Part shown: one piece after another, positions 36,844-46,496 of the stretch
How positions within the stretch are numbered: position 1 is the stretch's first letter
How the letters are laid out: every line of letters begins with the position of its first letter
NCBI RefSeq assembly: GCF_036389735.1
Contig: NZ_DASVWK010000806.1
Span: forward strand, 538 to 64,537
Reading direction: 5' to 3'
DNA from: Archangium sp.
GTDB lineage: Bacteria; Myxococcota; Myxococcia; Myxococcales; Myxococcaceae
DNA length: 64,000 nt
The notes under the pieces: generated by a model
The model's input: only the letters and a program-made list of their open reading frames with translations
Told to the model about the DNA's origin: nothing
The model's database searches: none
Made by a program: the position numbers and the translations under genes

Positions 36844-38541
36844 CTAGAAACGCTTGAACTCGCGGTCCTCATCCTGGAGCACCACGGGGACGGAGGCCCG
36901 GGGGGCCACCGGAGTCACGGCGGCGAGCCCCTTGGCCGCGGCCTTCAGCCCCTGCGCGGCGGAGGGCGCCTGTACCCCCGGCGACCCACCCGGAGCGGAC
37001 CGGGACACCGGGCGTGAGAAGAAGCGCTCGGCGCCACCTTCCACGTGGAAGAAGGACACGAGCTGACTGAGCGCCTCGGCCTGGGCCGACATCTCCTCGG
37101 CGGTGGACGCCAGCTCCTCGGACGCCGAGGCGTTGCGCTGCGTCACCTGATCCACGTGCAGCATGGCCTTGTTCATCTGCGCGACGCCGCTGGCCTGCTC
37201 GGTGGAGGCGGCCACCACCTCCTGCACCAGATCCGTCGTCTTGCGGATGGAGGGCACCAGATCCTCCAGCAACTGCCCCGAGCGCGTCGCCACCTTCACG
37301 CTGGTGGAGGCCAGCCCCGAAATCTCCCGGGCCGCCGTCCGGCTGCGCTCGGCCAGCTTGCGCACCTCGGTGGCCACCACCGCGAAGCCCTTGCCATGCT
37401 CCCCCGCGCGCGCCGCTTCGATCGCCGCGTTGAGCGCCAGCAGGTTCGTCTGGTAGGCGATCTCCTCGATGATGGAGATCTTCTCCGCGATGGAGCTCAT
37501 CGCCTCCACCGTCTCCTTCACCGCCTTGCCGCTCTCGTCGGCATCCTTGACGCCCTGCACCGCCATCCGCTCCATCTGCCGGCTGTGATCCCTGTTCTGG
37601 GTGATGCTGGCCGTCATCTGCTCCAGGCTGGAGGTCGTCTCCTCCACGCTGCTGGCCTGCTCGCTGGTGCCCTGCGCCAGGCTCTGCGAGGAGGCGGACA
37701 CCTGGGCGGAGGCCGAGGCCAGCGCGCCGGCGCCCTCGCGCACCTCGCCGATGACCTGACCGAGCTTGCGCACCATGCGCTGCATGGCCATCAGCAACCG
37801 GCCCGTCTCGTCCTCCGTCTCGGAGGAGATGTGCACGGTGAGGTCTCCCTCCGCGATGCGGTCCGCCACCGTCACCGCACGAACCAGCGGCCGGGAGATG
37901 AGCCGGGCGAGGAGCAGGCACAGCACGAGACCGAAGGCCGAGCTGCCCAGCAGCACGCCGATGATCCACGCCCGCGCCGACGCGTACGTCTGGGTCGCGC
38001 GCGAAGCCGCCTGATCCGAGCCCTCGCGGTTGACGATGACCAGCTCATCGAGCTTGTCGCTCAAGGCGTTGAAGTCGGCGTGCATGGGACCGAGCACCAG
38101 CGCCAGGGCCTCCTCGTCCTGGTTCTGCTGCGACAACCGCAGCAGTCTGGAGTGGTCGCGCAGGTAGGCCTCCCACAGCCGCTTGAACTCCTCATGGAGC
38201 TTGCGCTCGCGCTCCGAGGTGACGAGCGGCTCGTACCTGACGAACGTTTCGCGGAGGCTCTGGAGTTCGCTCTCCAGGTCCTTTTCCGCGTCACCCATCT
38301 GCTGGGGTGTGGTCGCGAGGATGTGCTCGAGTTGGGCGATGCGGAAGTCCGAGGTGTCGGTGTTCATGCGTCCGAGCACCTCCACGCTGGGCAGCCAATT
38401 GGTGGCGATTTCATTCGAGGCCTCGCGCACATCGGACAACTGGAGGAGCGCGAAGACGCCGAGGAAGGCGGTGAGGCCCAGCAGGCCCAGGAAGACGAGG
38501 AAGAGCTTGGAGGCGATCTTCAGGTTGTGGAACCAGGTCAT
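36844..38541 (-). CDS. Methyl-accepting chemotaxis protein (4-helix-bundle sensor, HAMP, C-terminal pentapeptide EFKRF)
   Basis: Two TM helices; HAMP; [40 protein letters not shown]; ends xFxxF. Confidence 0.95.
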   Translation of the reverse strand: MTWFHNLKIASKLFLVFLGLLGLTAFLGVFALLQLSDVREASNEIATNWLPSVEVLGRMNTDTSDFRIAQLEHILATTPQQMGDAEKDLESELQSLRETFVRYEPLVTSERERKLHEEFKRLWEAYLRDHSRLLRLSQQNQDEEALALVLGPMHADFNALSDKLDELVIVNREGSDQAASRATQTYASARAWIIGVLLGSSAFGLVLCLLLARLISRPLVRAVTVADRIAEGDLTVHISSETEDETGRLLMAMQRMVRKLGQVIGEVREGAGALASASAQVSASSQSLAQGTSEQASSVEETTSSLEQMTASITQNRDHSRQMERMAVQGVKDADESGKAVKETVEAMSSIAEKISIIEEIAYQTNLLALNAAIEAARAGEHGKGFAVVATEVRKLAERSRTAAREISGLASTSVKVATRSGQLLEDLVPSIRKTTDLVQEVVAASTEQASGVAQMNKAMLHVDQVTQRNASASEELASTAEEMSAQAEALSQLVSFFHVEGGAERFFSRPVSRSAPGGSPGVQAPSAAQGLKAAAKGLAAVTPVAPRASVPVVLQDEDREFKRF

Positions 38542-40220
38542 GAGGTTTCCAGAGGGGAAAGGAGGACTCGGGCAGCGGCGGGAGGAGCCGTCTTCAGCGC
38601 CTGGAGGAGGAGCGTGGGTACGTCGAGGATGAGGGCCACCCGCCCATCACCCAGCAGGGTGGAGCCGGCCAGCCCGGGCAGTCCCTGACAGGGCTTGCCC
38701 AGGGGCTTGATGACCGTCTGGCCCTGGCCGAGCAGCGTGTCCACGGCGAGGCCCGCCTGACCGCGGCCGTGGCCGATGACGACGATGTTCTCGCGCGGAG
38801 GCGGCTCCCCCTCGAGCCGCAGGTGCTCGCGCAGGCGGAGGTAGGGCAGCGGTGCACCGCGCAGGTTGAAGACGCCGGTGCGGCCAGGGCGGCGCTCGTC
38901 GCGCGGCAGCTCCACGCACTCCAACACGTTTTCCAACGGAATCACGTACGTCTCGTCCCCCACTCCCACGGAGAAGCCCTCGATGATGGAGAGGGTGAGG
39001 GGCAGGCGCAGGCTGAAGGTGGTGCCCTGGCCGGGCGCGGTGTCCACGAGGATGGTGCCGCGCAGCGCCTCCACGTTGCGCTTCACCACGTCCATGCCCA
39101 CGCCGCGGCCGGACAGCTCGGTGACACGCTCGGCGGTGGAGAAGCCCGGCTCGAAGATGAGGCGGAAGAGGTCCGCGTCGGCGCGCTCCTCCTCGGGGCC
39201 CAGCAGCCCGCGCTCACGTGCCCGCGCGGCGATGCGCGCCCGGTCCAGCCCGGCCCCGTCATCGATGATCTGGATGACGATGCTGCCCGCCTCGTGGAAG
39301 GCCCGCAGAGTCAGCGTGCCGGTGGGCTCCTTGCCCCGCGCCTGACGCACCTCGGGCGCCTCCAGCCCGTGGTCCATCGCGTTGCGCACCAGGTGGGTGA
39401 GGGGGTCTCGAATGAGCTCGGCGATGGTGGTGTCCACCTCCACGTCCTCGCCGCTCACCTCCAGCCGCACCCACTTGCCAGTGCTCAAGTTCAGGTCGCG
39501 CACCATGCGAGTGAAGGGCTGGAAGGTGCGGCCGATGGGCACCATCCGCACCTTCATCACCAGCTCCTGGAGGTCCAGGCAGAGCCTGTCCGCCTCGCGG
39601 TGTGCCTCCAGCAGCTGCTGGGACGTATAGAGGTGCGCCTGTGCGAGCATGGAGGTGAGGCGCCCACGTGCGATGGCGATCTCCCCGGTGAGGTCCATCA
39701 TCCGGTCCAGCCGGTTCAGCCCTACCCGGAGGGTGCGCTCGCGGGCCGGGAAAGCCTCGCCGTGCTCGGTGGACCCCTCCCCGAGCCCGGGCCGCTGCGT
39801 GTCACCCGCCCCCGAGCGCCCCTCGATGGGCCGAGCGGCCTGGACGGTGGAGGCGAGGAGCTGGTGCACATCTTTCGCCGGCAGGCGTAAATCCGGCTCG
39901 GTCACGGGCCGCAGGCCCACCAACTCCCGGAGCGCGTCCACCGACTGAAGCAGCAGCGTGCCCAGCCCCGAGTGCAGCACGAGCACCCCGGCCTCCAGCC
40001 GGGTGAGCAGGTCCTCCAGGGTATGGGCCAGTTCCACCGCCTCGGTGAAGCCCATCACGGAGGTGCCACCCTTCAGGGTGTGCACCGTGCGGAAGACCGC
40101 TCGCAGGGTCTCCGCCCCGGGAGACACCTCCAGGGCGAGCAACTCCTGCTCCAGGCTGACGAGCTGCTCCTCGGTCTCGGTGAGGAAGACAGCGTAGACC
40201 TTCTCCAACTCGGGCTTCAT
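38538..40220 (-). CDS. cheA: Chemotaxis histidine kinase CheA (no obvious P2 or receiver domain)
   Basis: HPt FRTVHTLKG; [14 protein letters not shown]; DDGAGL; FEPGFSTA; [10 protein letters not shown]; C-terminal CheW domain. Confidence 0.95.
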   Translation of the reverse strand: MKPELEKVYAVFLTETEEQLVSLEQELLALEVSPGAETLRAVFRTVHTLKGGTSVMGFTEAVELAHTLEDLLTRLEAGVLVLHSGLGTLLLQSVDALRELVGLRPVTEPDLRLPAKDVHQLLASTVQAARPIEGRSGAGDTQRPGLGEGSTEHGEAFPARERTLRVGLNRLDRMMDLTGEIAIARGRLTSMLAQAHLYTSQQLLEAHREADRLCLDLQELVMKVRMVPIGRTFQPFTRMVRDLNLSTGKWVRLEVSGEDVEVDTTIAELIRDPLTHLVRNAMDHGLEAPEVRQARGKEPTGTLTLRAFHEAGSIVIQIIDDGAGLDRARIAARARERGLLGPEEERADADLFRLIFEPGFSTAERVTELSGRGVGMDVVKRNVEALRGTILVDTAPGQGTTFSLRLPLTLSIIEGFSVGVGDETYVIPLENVLECVELPRDERRPGRTGVFNLRGAPLPYLRLREHLRLEGEPPPRENIVVIGHGRGQAGLAVDTLLGQGQTVIKPLGKPCQGLPGLAGSTLLGDGRVALILDVPTLLLQALKTAPPAAARVLLSPLETS

Positions 40221-40234
40221 CTCCCCGTGTCAAG

Positions 40235-40251
40235 AGCAAATCCCAAGCCAA
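40235..40251 (-). promoter_or_regulatory. Sigma-54 (-24/-12) promoter for the che operon
   Basis: Minus strand TTGGCTTGggatTTGCT with exact GG/GC spacing just upstream of the cheA ATG, directly downstream of a sigma-54 activator gene. Confidence 0.6.
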
Positions 40252-40320
40252 TGTCCGACCGTCAACAACTCCCCGGAATCGCGACAGCGCGCCGTGACAT
40301 CCACGGACGGTGTCTGAAAC

Positions 40321-40347
40321 CTGGATTCTGGATTCTAGATTCTGGAC
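40321..40347. repeat. 7-bp tandem repeat (CTGGATT-like x4), possible enhancer-binding site
   Basis: CTGGATT CTGGATT CTAGATT CTGGAC overlapping the activator's stop codon, about 70-100 bp upstream of the -24 element. Confidence 0.5.
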
Positions 40348-41714
40348 GAGAGGCCCAGTCGCTTGAGCTTCTGGTACAGCGAGCTGCGCGGAATACCGAG
40401 CCGTCTGGCCGCCCGCTCCACGTGCCCGCCCTCCGCGGCGAGCACCCGCTCGATGTGGCGGCGCTCCAGCTCTTGCAGGGTCAGATCCAGGTCCGAGCCC
40501 TCGGACGGAGGGCCCCTGGGCTCCGCCGGTAAGGGAGAGAGGGCCCGCGCGAGGACATGGTTGAACTGGAGGTCGTCTGACGTCAGGGCGGGCGTCGAGG
40601 AGAGGAGCACGGCGCGCTCCAGCACGTTGCGCAGCTCGCGGAGGTTGCCGGGCCATGCGTAGGCCCCCAGGGCCGCCTCGGCCGCGGGCGTCAGCTCCAA
40701 CCCGGGGCGTCCGAGTTCGCGGGAGAGCCGCGCGAGCAGGTCCCGGGCGATGACGGGGATGTCGCCAGGCCGCTCGCGCAGCGCGGGCAGGCGCAGGGGC
40801 AGGGTGCTGATGCGGAAGTACAGGTCCCCGCGGAAGCGCTGCGCCCGCACGGCCTCGGACAGGTCCTGGTGGGTGGCGGCCAGGAGGCGCACGTCCACCG
40901 AGCGATCCTCCACCTCGCCCAGGCGGCGGAAGCGCTTCTCCTCGAGCACCTTGAGGAGCTTGGGCTGCACCTGGAGGTCCATGTCACCAATCTCGTCGAG
41001 GAACACGGTGCCGCGGTGGGCCACCTCCAACAGGCCCTGCTTGCGGGTGACGGCGCTGGTGAAGGCCCCGCGCTCGTGGCCGAAGAGTTCCGTCTCGAGG
41101 AACTGGGGCATCAACCCCGCGCAGTTGAGCTGCACCAGGGGGCCTCCGGCGCGCGAGCCGTGCATGTGCAGCCAATGGGCGAGCACGCCCTTGCCAGTGC
41201 CCGTCTCCCCTTGGATGAGGACGGGGCTGTCGCTGTCCAGCAGACGGCGCGCGGTGGCCTCCAGGTCGCGGATGGCCCGGCTGTCGCCGAGGAAGGGGTT
41301 GAGCTCGTCGGCATGGCTCGCGGCCTGTGCCTGCTGACGGCGGCGGGTCTGCTGCGCCTCCAGCAACCGCTCCACCATCACCAGCAGGGTGGGCAGCTCC
41401 ACCGGCTTGGGCAGGAAGTGCTCCGCGCCCTGTTTGATGACCTGGATGGCGGTGTCGATGGAGACATGCGCGGTGAGCACCAGCACGGGGATGGAGGGGT
41501 CCACCGCCCTCATCTCCGGGAGCAGGTCCAGCGCGGTGCCATCACCCAGTCTGTAGTCGAGCAGCACCAGGTCCGGCCGGGAGGTGCGGAAGAGCTCGCG
41601 GGCCGCACGGCAGTCCTCCGCCTCCAGGACCTCCAGGCCGTGCGCCTCGAGGAAGTGACGGATGCCGAAGCGGACCGCTGGCTCGTCATCGACCACCAGA
41701 ATCCGGCGCTGCAT
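40335..41714 (-). CDS. Sigma-54-dependent response regulator (NtrC family)
   Basis: Receiver VVDDE/LLDYRL; GETGTGKG; ETELFGHERGAFTSA; FLDEIG; C-terminal Fis HTH. Confidence 0.95.
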   Translation of the reverse strand: MQRRILVVDDEPAVRFGIRHFLEAHGLEVLEAEDCRAARELFRTSRPDLVLLDYRLGDGTALDLLPEMRAVDPSIPVLVLTAHVSIDTAIQVIKQGAEHFLPKPVELPTLLVMVERLLEAQQTRRRQQAQAASHADELNPFLGDSRAIRDLEATARRLLDSDSPVLIQGETGTGKGVLAHWLHMHGSRAGGPLVQLNCAGLMPQFLETELFGHERGAFTSAVTRKQGLLEVAHRGTVFLDEIGDMDLQVQPKLLKVLEEKRFRRLGEVEDRSVDVRLLAATHQDLSEAVRAQRFRGDLYFRISTLPLRLPALRERPGDIPVIARDLLARLSRELGRPGLELTPAAEAALGAYAWPGNLRELRNVLERAVLLSSTPALTSDDLQFNHVLARALSPLPAEPRGPPSEGSDLDLTLQELERRHIERVLAAEGGHVERAARRLGIPRSSLYQKLKRLGLSSRI

Positions 41715-42819
41715 TCACTCCTCCCTCCGCTGGGAGGAAGACCCGGACCTCGGCGCCTCCCTCGGGCCCGTTGCCCACGGAGACCGAGCCGTGATGTTCC
41801 TCGACGATACGTTGCACGATGGCGAGGCCCAAGCCCACCCCCCCGGCGCGATGGGAGAAGAAGGGCTCGAAGACGCGGGGGAGCTCCTCGGGTGAGAAGC
41901 CCGGCCCCTGATCCATCACCAGACACTCGACCCGGGGGCCAGCCTCGTCCGCGAGTCCCCGCGCGGTGAGCCGCACGGTGGTGCCGCGCGGGGAGTGCTG
42001 AAGCGCGTTGGCCAGCAGGTTCTGGAATACCTGGACGAGCCGGCTCGGATCCATGGGGACGCGAGGCAGGCCCGGCTCCGCCCGCACCTCGACCTGGACC
42101 TCGCGCTCGCGGGCGAGGGCGGCGGTGAGGTCCACGGACTCGTGGAGCACGCTGGAGAGCGTACAGGGATGGAGCTCGGTGGACGGCGGGCGGCCGTAGG
42201 TGAGCAGCCCGTGCATGAGCTGGTGCAGGCGCGACACCTCGCGCCGGAGCATGGAGACATAGGGCGCGTGCTCCGGCGAGTGGCCGAAGCGCGCATCGAA
42301 GGCCTCCAGGGTGGCGGAGATGCCGAAGAGGGGATTGCGCACCTCGTGGGCCACGCCGGCCACCAGCGCGCCCATCCGCGACAGCAGCTCGTTGCGGCGC
42401 AGAGCCTCCTGCGCCTCGCGCAACCGGGCCTCGGTCTCGCGGCGGGCGGTGATGTCACGCGTCACTCCGGCGAAGCCACGAAGCCGGCCATCCGGGTGCC
42501 ACAGCGCCGTGTAGAGGGTACGGGAGTAGAAGCGCGAGCCATCCTTGCGCACCCGCCAGCCCTCGGTCCGCGCCTGTCCCTGTTGCTCCGCCTCGTCCAA
42601 CACCCGCTGGGGCAGGCCCGAGGCGAGGTCCTCCTCGAGGTAGACGTGCGAGAGGTGTTTCCCGAGGGCCTCCGTGGCGCAATAGCCCGTGACGCGCTCG
42701 CCCCCCGTGTTCCAGCACACGACGCGCCCATCCGGCCCGAGCATGAAGACGGCGGCATCCTCCACGGTATCGACCAGGAGGCGGAAGACCTCATCATGGC
42801 CCGGGTCGTCGGGACTCAT
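41686..42819 (-). CDS. PAS-domain sensor histidine kinase (NtrB-like), cognate of the adjacent activator
   Basis: PAS (WNTGGERVTGY...WRVRKDGSRF); AHEVRNPL; NLLANALQHS; DQGPG; GVGLGLAIV. Start could be 42885. Confidence 0.9.
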   Translation of the reverse strand: MSPDDPGHDEVFRLLVDTVEDAAVFMLGPDGRVVCWNTGGERVTGYCATEALGKHLSHVYLEEDLASGLPQRVLDEAEQQGQARTEGWRVRKDGSRFYSRTLYTALWHPDGRLRGFAGVTRDITARRETEARLREAQEALRRNELLSRMGALVAGVAHEVRNPLFGISATLEAFDARFGHSPEHAPYVSMLRREVSRLHQLMHGLLTYGRPPSTELHPCTLSSVLHESVDLTAALAREREVQVEVRAEPGLPRVPMDPSRLVQVFQNLLANALQHSPRGTTVRLTARGLADEAGPRVECLVMDQGPGFSPEELPRVFEPFFSHRAGGVGLGLAIVQRIVEEHHGSVSVGNGPEGGAEVRVFLPAEGGVNAAPDSGGR

Positions 42820-43093
42820 GAGCGAACAGGGGCATGTGCCGTCGGTGGCCCCGGGAACGCCGGTTTGGAGTGAGGGAGGAGGCATGGCGCAAAGAAACCC
42901 CCGAGAGCGGAGCGTCATTGCTCGGAGGAGAAACAAATGGGAGGCCCTGGGTACCCCGCTCGGCGGGCGGGGCGAGCCGACACGCCTCCTGGCCTTCAAC
43001 CGCCCGCCCCCCTGCCCCCTCCCCTCTCCCTGGATGGAGAAGTCCGGGAGGCCGGATTGCTCGGAGAGGACCGCCCGTGACATGAAGGAGGCC

Positions 43094-44872
43094 ATGTCCT
43101 TCTTGCACCAGGCGGTGATCTTCCTGGCGGCCGCGGTCGTGTCCGTCCCCATCTTCAAGCGGCTCGGGCTGGGCTCGGTGCTCGGCTACCTCGCGGCGGG
43201 CATGGTCATCGGCCCCTGGGGCGTGGGGCTCATCTCCGACGTGGAGGCCATCCTCCACTTCGCCGAGCTGGGCGTGGTGCTGCTGCTCTTCCTCATCGGC
43301 CTGGAGCTCCAGCCCTCGCGCCTGTGGGAGATGCGCCGCTCGGTGTTCGGCCTCGGCGGCGCGCAGGTGCTCGGGACAGGGGCGCTGCTGGCCGGGGTGG
43401 GGCTGCTGCTCGGGCTGCGGCTGCCCACGGCGCTCATCGCCGGGCTGGGGCTGTCGCTGTCCTCCACGGCCTTCGCGCTCCAGTTGCTCGCGGAGAAGAA
43501 CGAGCTGACCACCGAGCACGGGCGGGCCTCCTTCGGCATCCTGCTGTTCCAGGACCTGGCCGTCATCCCGCTGCTGGCGCTGCTGCCCTTCCTCGGGGAG
43601 AGCACCACCCCGTCGACGGAGCCCGGGTGGCTGTCGGTCCTCAAGGTGGTGGCGGTGCTGGCGGGCGTCGTCCTGGGAGGCCGCTACGTGCTGCGGCCCG
43701 TCTTCCGCATCGTGGCCTCGGTGCACAGCCAGGAGCTCTTCACCGCCACCGCGCTGCTGCTGGTGGTGGGCACCGCGCTGCTGATGGGCCAGGTGGGGCT
43801 GTCCATGGCGCTCGGCGCCTTCCTCGCCGGCGTGCTGCTGGCGGACTCGGAGTACCGCCACGAGCTGGAGGCCGACATCGAGCCCTTCAAGGGCCTGTTG
43901 CTGGGCCTCTTCTTCATCGCCGTGGGCATGTCGGTGAACATCGGCCTGCTGGCCAGCGGCCCGGTGCGGGTGGTGGGCCTGGTGCTCGGGCTGGTGCTGC
44001 TCAAGGGGCTGGTGCTCTACGCGCTGGGCAAGTGGGTCTTCAAGAATCACGAGCCCGCCTTGAGCCTGGCGGTGGTCATCTCCCAGGGCGGCGAGTTCGC
44101 CTTCGTGCTCTTCGGGCTCGCGGTGGGCTTCCGGGTGATGGAGCGCGAGCTGGCGGACCTGCTGGTGGTGGTGGTCAGCCTCTCCATGGCCGTCAGCCCG
44201 GTGCTCTTCGCCGCCTACGACAAGCTCGTGCGGCCCCGCTTCCGCAAGAAGGTCCAGCGGGAGTTCGACGTGGCCCCCGAGGAGGATCACCCCGTCATCG
44301 TCGCGGGCTTCGGGCGCGTGGGGCAGGTGGTGGGACGTCTGCTGCGCGCCAAGCACATCGGCTTCACCGCCCTGGACGCCAGCCCCGAGCACATCGACTT
44401 CCTCAAGAACTTCGGCAACACGAAGCTCCACTACGGCGACGCCTCGCGGTTGGACCTGCTGCGGGCGGCGCGCGCGGACAAGGCGAAGGTGTTCGTGCTG
44501 GCCATCGACGACGTGGAGGCCTCGATGCGCACGGCGGAGACGGTGAAGCAGCACTTCCCCCACCTCACCATCTTCGCGCGCGCCCGCAACCGGCAGCACG
44601 CCTACCGGCTGCTCAACCTGGGCATCACCCACGTCATGCGCGAGACGTACGCCGGCAGCATCGAGATGACGGGCGACATCCTCCAGGAGCTGGGGCTCAC
44701 GTGGTCGGAGACCAAGAGCGCGCTGGTGCGCTTCCGGGAACACGACGAGGCCCTCATCCAGGCCACCTACAAGCACCACGGGGACCAGAAGAAGCTCATC
44801 GAGCTGGCGGCCAAGGCGCGCGCGGAGCTGGAGGAGCTGTTCAAGCAGGACGAGGAGAAGAAGTCCGCCTGA
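43094..44872 (+). CDS. kefC: Glutathione-regulated K+ efflux protein (KefB/KefC; CPA2 + KTN domain)
   Basis: ATG after AAGGAGG; LGLGSVLGYL, ILLFQDLA, SEYRHELEADIEPFKGLLLGLFF, AGFGRVGQ, ARARNR. KefB versus KefC cannot be resolved by eye. Confidence 0.9.
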   Translation: MSFLHQAVIFLAAAVVSVPIFKRLGLGSVLGYLAAGMVIGPWGVGLISDVEAILHFAELGVVLLLFLIGLELQPSRLWEMRRSVFGLGGAQVLGTGALLAGVGLLLGLRLPTALIAGLGLSLSSTAFALQLLAEKNELTTEHGRASFGILLFQDLAVIPLLALLPFLGESTTPSTEPGWLSVLKVVAVLAGVVLGGRYVLRPVFRIVASVHSQELFTATALLLVVGTALLMGQVGLSMALGAFLAGVLLADSEYRHELEADIEPFKGLLLGLFFIAVGMSVNIGLLASGPVRVVGLVLGLVLLKGLVLYALGKWVFKNHEPALSLAVVISQGGEFAFVLFGLAVGFRVMERELADLLVVVVSLSMAVSPVLFAAYDKLVRPRFRKKVQREFDVAPEEDHPVIVAGFGRVGQVVGRLLRAKHIGFTALDASPEHIDFLKNFGNTKLHYGDASRLDLLRAARADKAKVFVLAIDDVEASMRTAETVKQHFPHLTIFARARNRQHAYRLLNLGITHVMRETYAGSIEMTGDILQELGLTWSETKSALVRFREHDEALIQATYKHHGDQKKLIELAAKARAELEELFKQDEEKKSA

Positions 44873-44881
44873 GGCGACGCC

Positions 44882-46360
44882 TCACTCCTGCATCTGCTCG
44901 CCGAAGAGGAGCTGGACGAGCGGCAGCTCCTGCGCTTTGCAGAAGATGTAGACGTGGTCGCCCGGCAGGAGCGTCGTGCCCCCCTTGGGCGTCACCAGAT
45001 CGTTGCCGCGCACGATGAGCGACACCACGGCGGAGCCGGGCAGGGGCAGATCGGCGATGGTGGCCCCCGCCACGGCGGAGGCCGGGTCCAGGTAGAAGGG
45101 CACCAGCTCGCCGTTGAGCAGCAGGGTGGACGTCAGCTCCAGCATGGCCGTGGGCGGAGGCGGCGCGAGCGAGACGAGCCCCAGCCGGCGCGTCACCCAC
45201 CCCACCGTGGCACCGGGGACGAGCGCGTTCACCACCACGATGAAGAACACCACGTTGAAGATGGGCAGCGAGCCCGGGGCCTCGGCCAGCACGGGGAAGG
45301 TGGCGAGGATGACGGGCACCGCGCCGCGCAGGCCCACCCAGCCCACGTAGAGGGCCTCGCGCCAGGCGAAGCGGAAGGGCAGCAGGCAGAGCACCACCAC
45401 CAGGGGCCGCGCGACGAAGGCCAGCACCAGCCCCAGCCCGAGCCCCGTCCACGCCACGTCCACCAGCGCCGAGGGGAAGGCGAGCAGCCCGAGCATGAGG
45501 AACATGCCCACCTGCGCCAGCCAGGCGATGGCGTCGTGCACGCGCAGCAGGCCGCTGCGGTAGCGGATGGCCTCGTTGCCCAGCAACATGGCGCAGAGGT
45601 ACACGGACAGGAAGCCGCTGCCGTGGAAGAGCGTGGGCAGCCCGAAGGCGACGAAGGCCATCGCGAGGGTGAGGACGGGGTAGAGGCCACCGGCCGGCAG
45701 GCGCACGTGCTTGAGGATGTACCGGCCCGCGTAGCCAATCCCCACGCCCAGGACCGCGCCCACGAACATCTCGCTGGCGGCCTCGAGCAGGATGCCCCAG
45801 CCGATGGGGACCCCACTCACGAGCGCCCCGGTGAGCCCGATGGTGAGGATGACGGCCATGGGGTCGTTGAGGCCCGACTCCAGCTCCAGCGTCACCCCCA
45901 CGCGGCGCTTGAGGTGCAGGCCGCTGCCGCGCAGCACGGAGAAGACGGCCGCCGCGTCCGTGGAGGACACGATGGCCCCGAGCAGGAAGGCCTGCTTCCA
46001 CTCGAAGCCGAAGAGGTGGGCGGCCACGCCCATGACGGCGGCCGTGCCCATGACGCCCAGCGTGGCGAGCACCCCCGCGGGCCGGATGCCCTCGCGCACG
46101 GCGGCCAGTGGGGTGTTGAGGCCACCGTCGAAGAGGATGAGCACGAGCGCGACGGTACCGAGCCGGAAGGTGAAGCCGTAGTCCTCGAACTCGATGCCGC
46201 CGAAGCCCTCGGAGCCGCCCAGTACGCCCAGGAGGATGAAGAGCAGCGCCACCGGAATGCCGAACCGTCCGGCGGCCCGGCTGAAGAGCGCGCACACCCC
46301 CATCAGGACGCCGAGCGCCGTCAGGAGGAACGCCGTGGCCATGGGCTCGTTGAGCTGCAT
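44882..46360 (-). CDS. cvrA: K+/H+ antiporter NhaP2/CvrA with TrkA-C domain
   Basis: LILFDGGL, SSTDAAAVFSVLR, LELESGLNDPMA, WVGLRGAVP; C-terminal TrkA-C. Confidence 0.9.
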   Translation of the reverse strand: MQLNEPMATAFLLTALGVLMGVCALFSRAAGRFGIPVALLFILLGVLGGSEGFGGIEFEDYGFTFRLGTVALVLILFDGGLNTPLAAVREGIRPAGVLATLGVMGTAAVMGVAAHLFGFEWKQAFLLGAIVSSTDAAAVFSVLRGSGLHLKRRVGVTLELESGLNDPMAVILTIGLTGALVSGVPIGWGILLEAASEMFVGAVLGVGIGYAGRYILKHVRLPAGGLYPVLTLAMAFVAFGLPTLFHGSGFLSVYLCAMLLGNEAIRYRSGLLRVHDAIAWLAQVGMFLMLGLLAFPSALVDVAWTGLGLGLVLAFVARPLVVVLCLLPFRFAWREALYVGWVGLRGAVPVILATFPVLAEAPGSLPIFNVVFFIVVVNALVPGATVGWVTRRLGLVSLAPPPPTAMLELTSTLLLNGELVPFYLDPASAVAGATIADLPLPGSAVVSLIVRGNDLVTPKGGTTLLPGDHVYIFCKAQELPLVQLLFGEQMQE

Positions 46361-46496
46361 CCGCCCAAGGCCTCTACCACGGAGTGGGACCCGGCAAAGG
46401 CCCTCCGTCCAGCGGGGCCGCACGGAATGCCCGGTGGCGGAAGCTGTCCTCACTCGGGGCTGGGCACGGGCCCGCTCCTTGGCGAGGCTGGGGCCC

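Noticed and set aside
43094-46360. Convergent KefC and CvrA antiporters as a novel system
   Set aside because: Both are ordinary well-known families; adjacency alone is not evidence of a new function.
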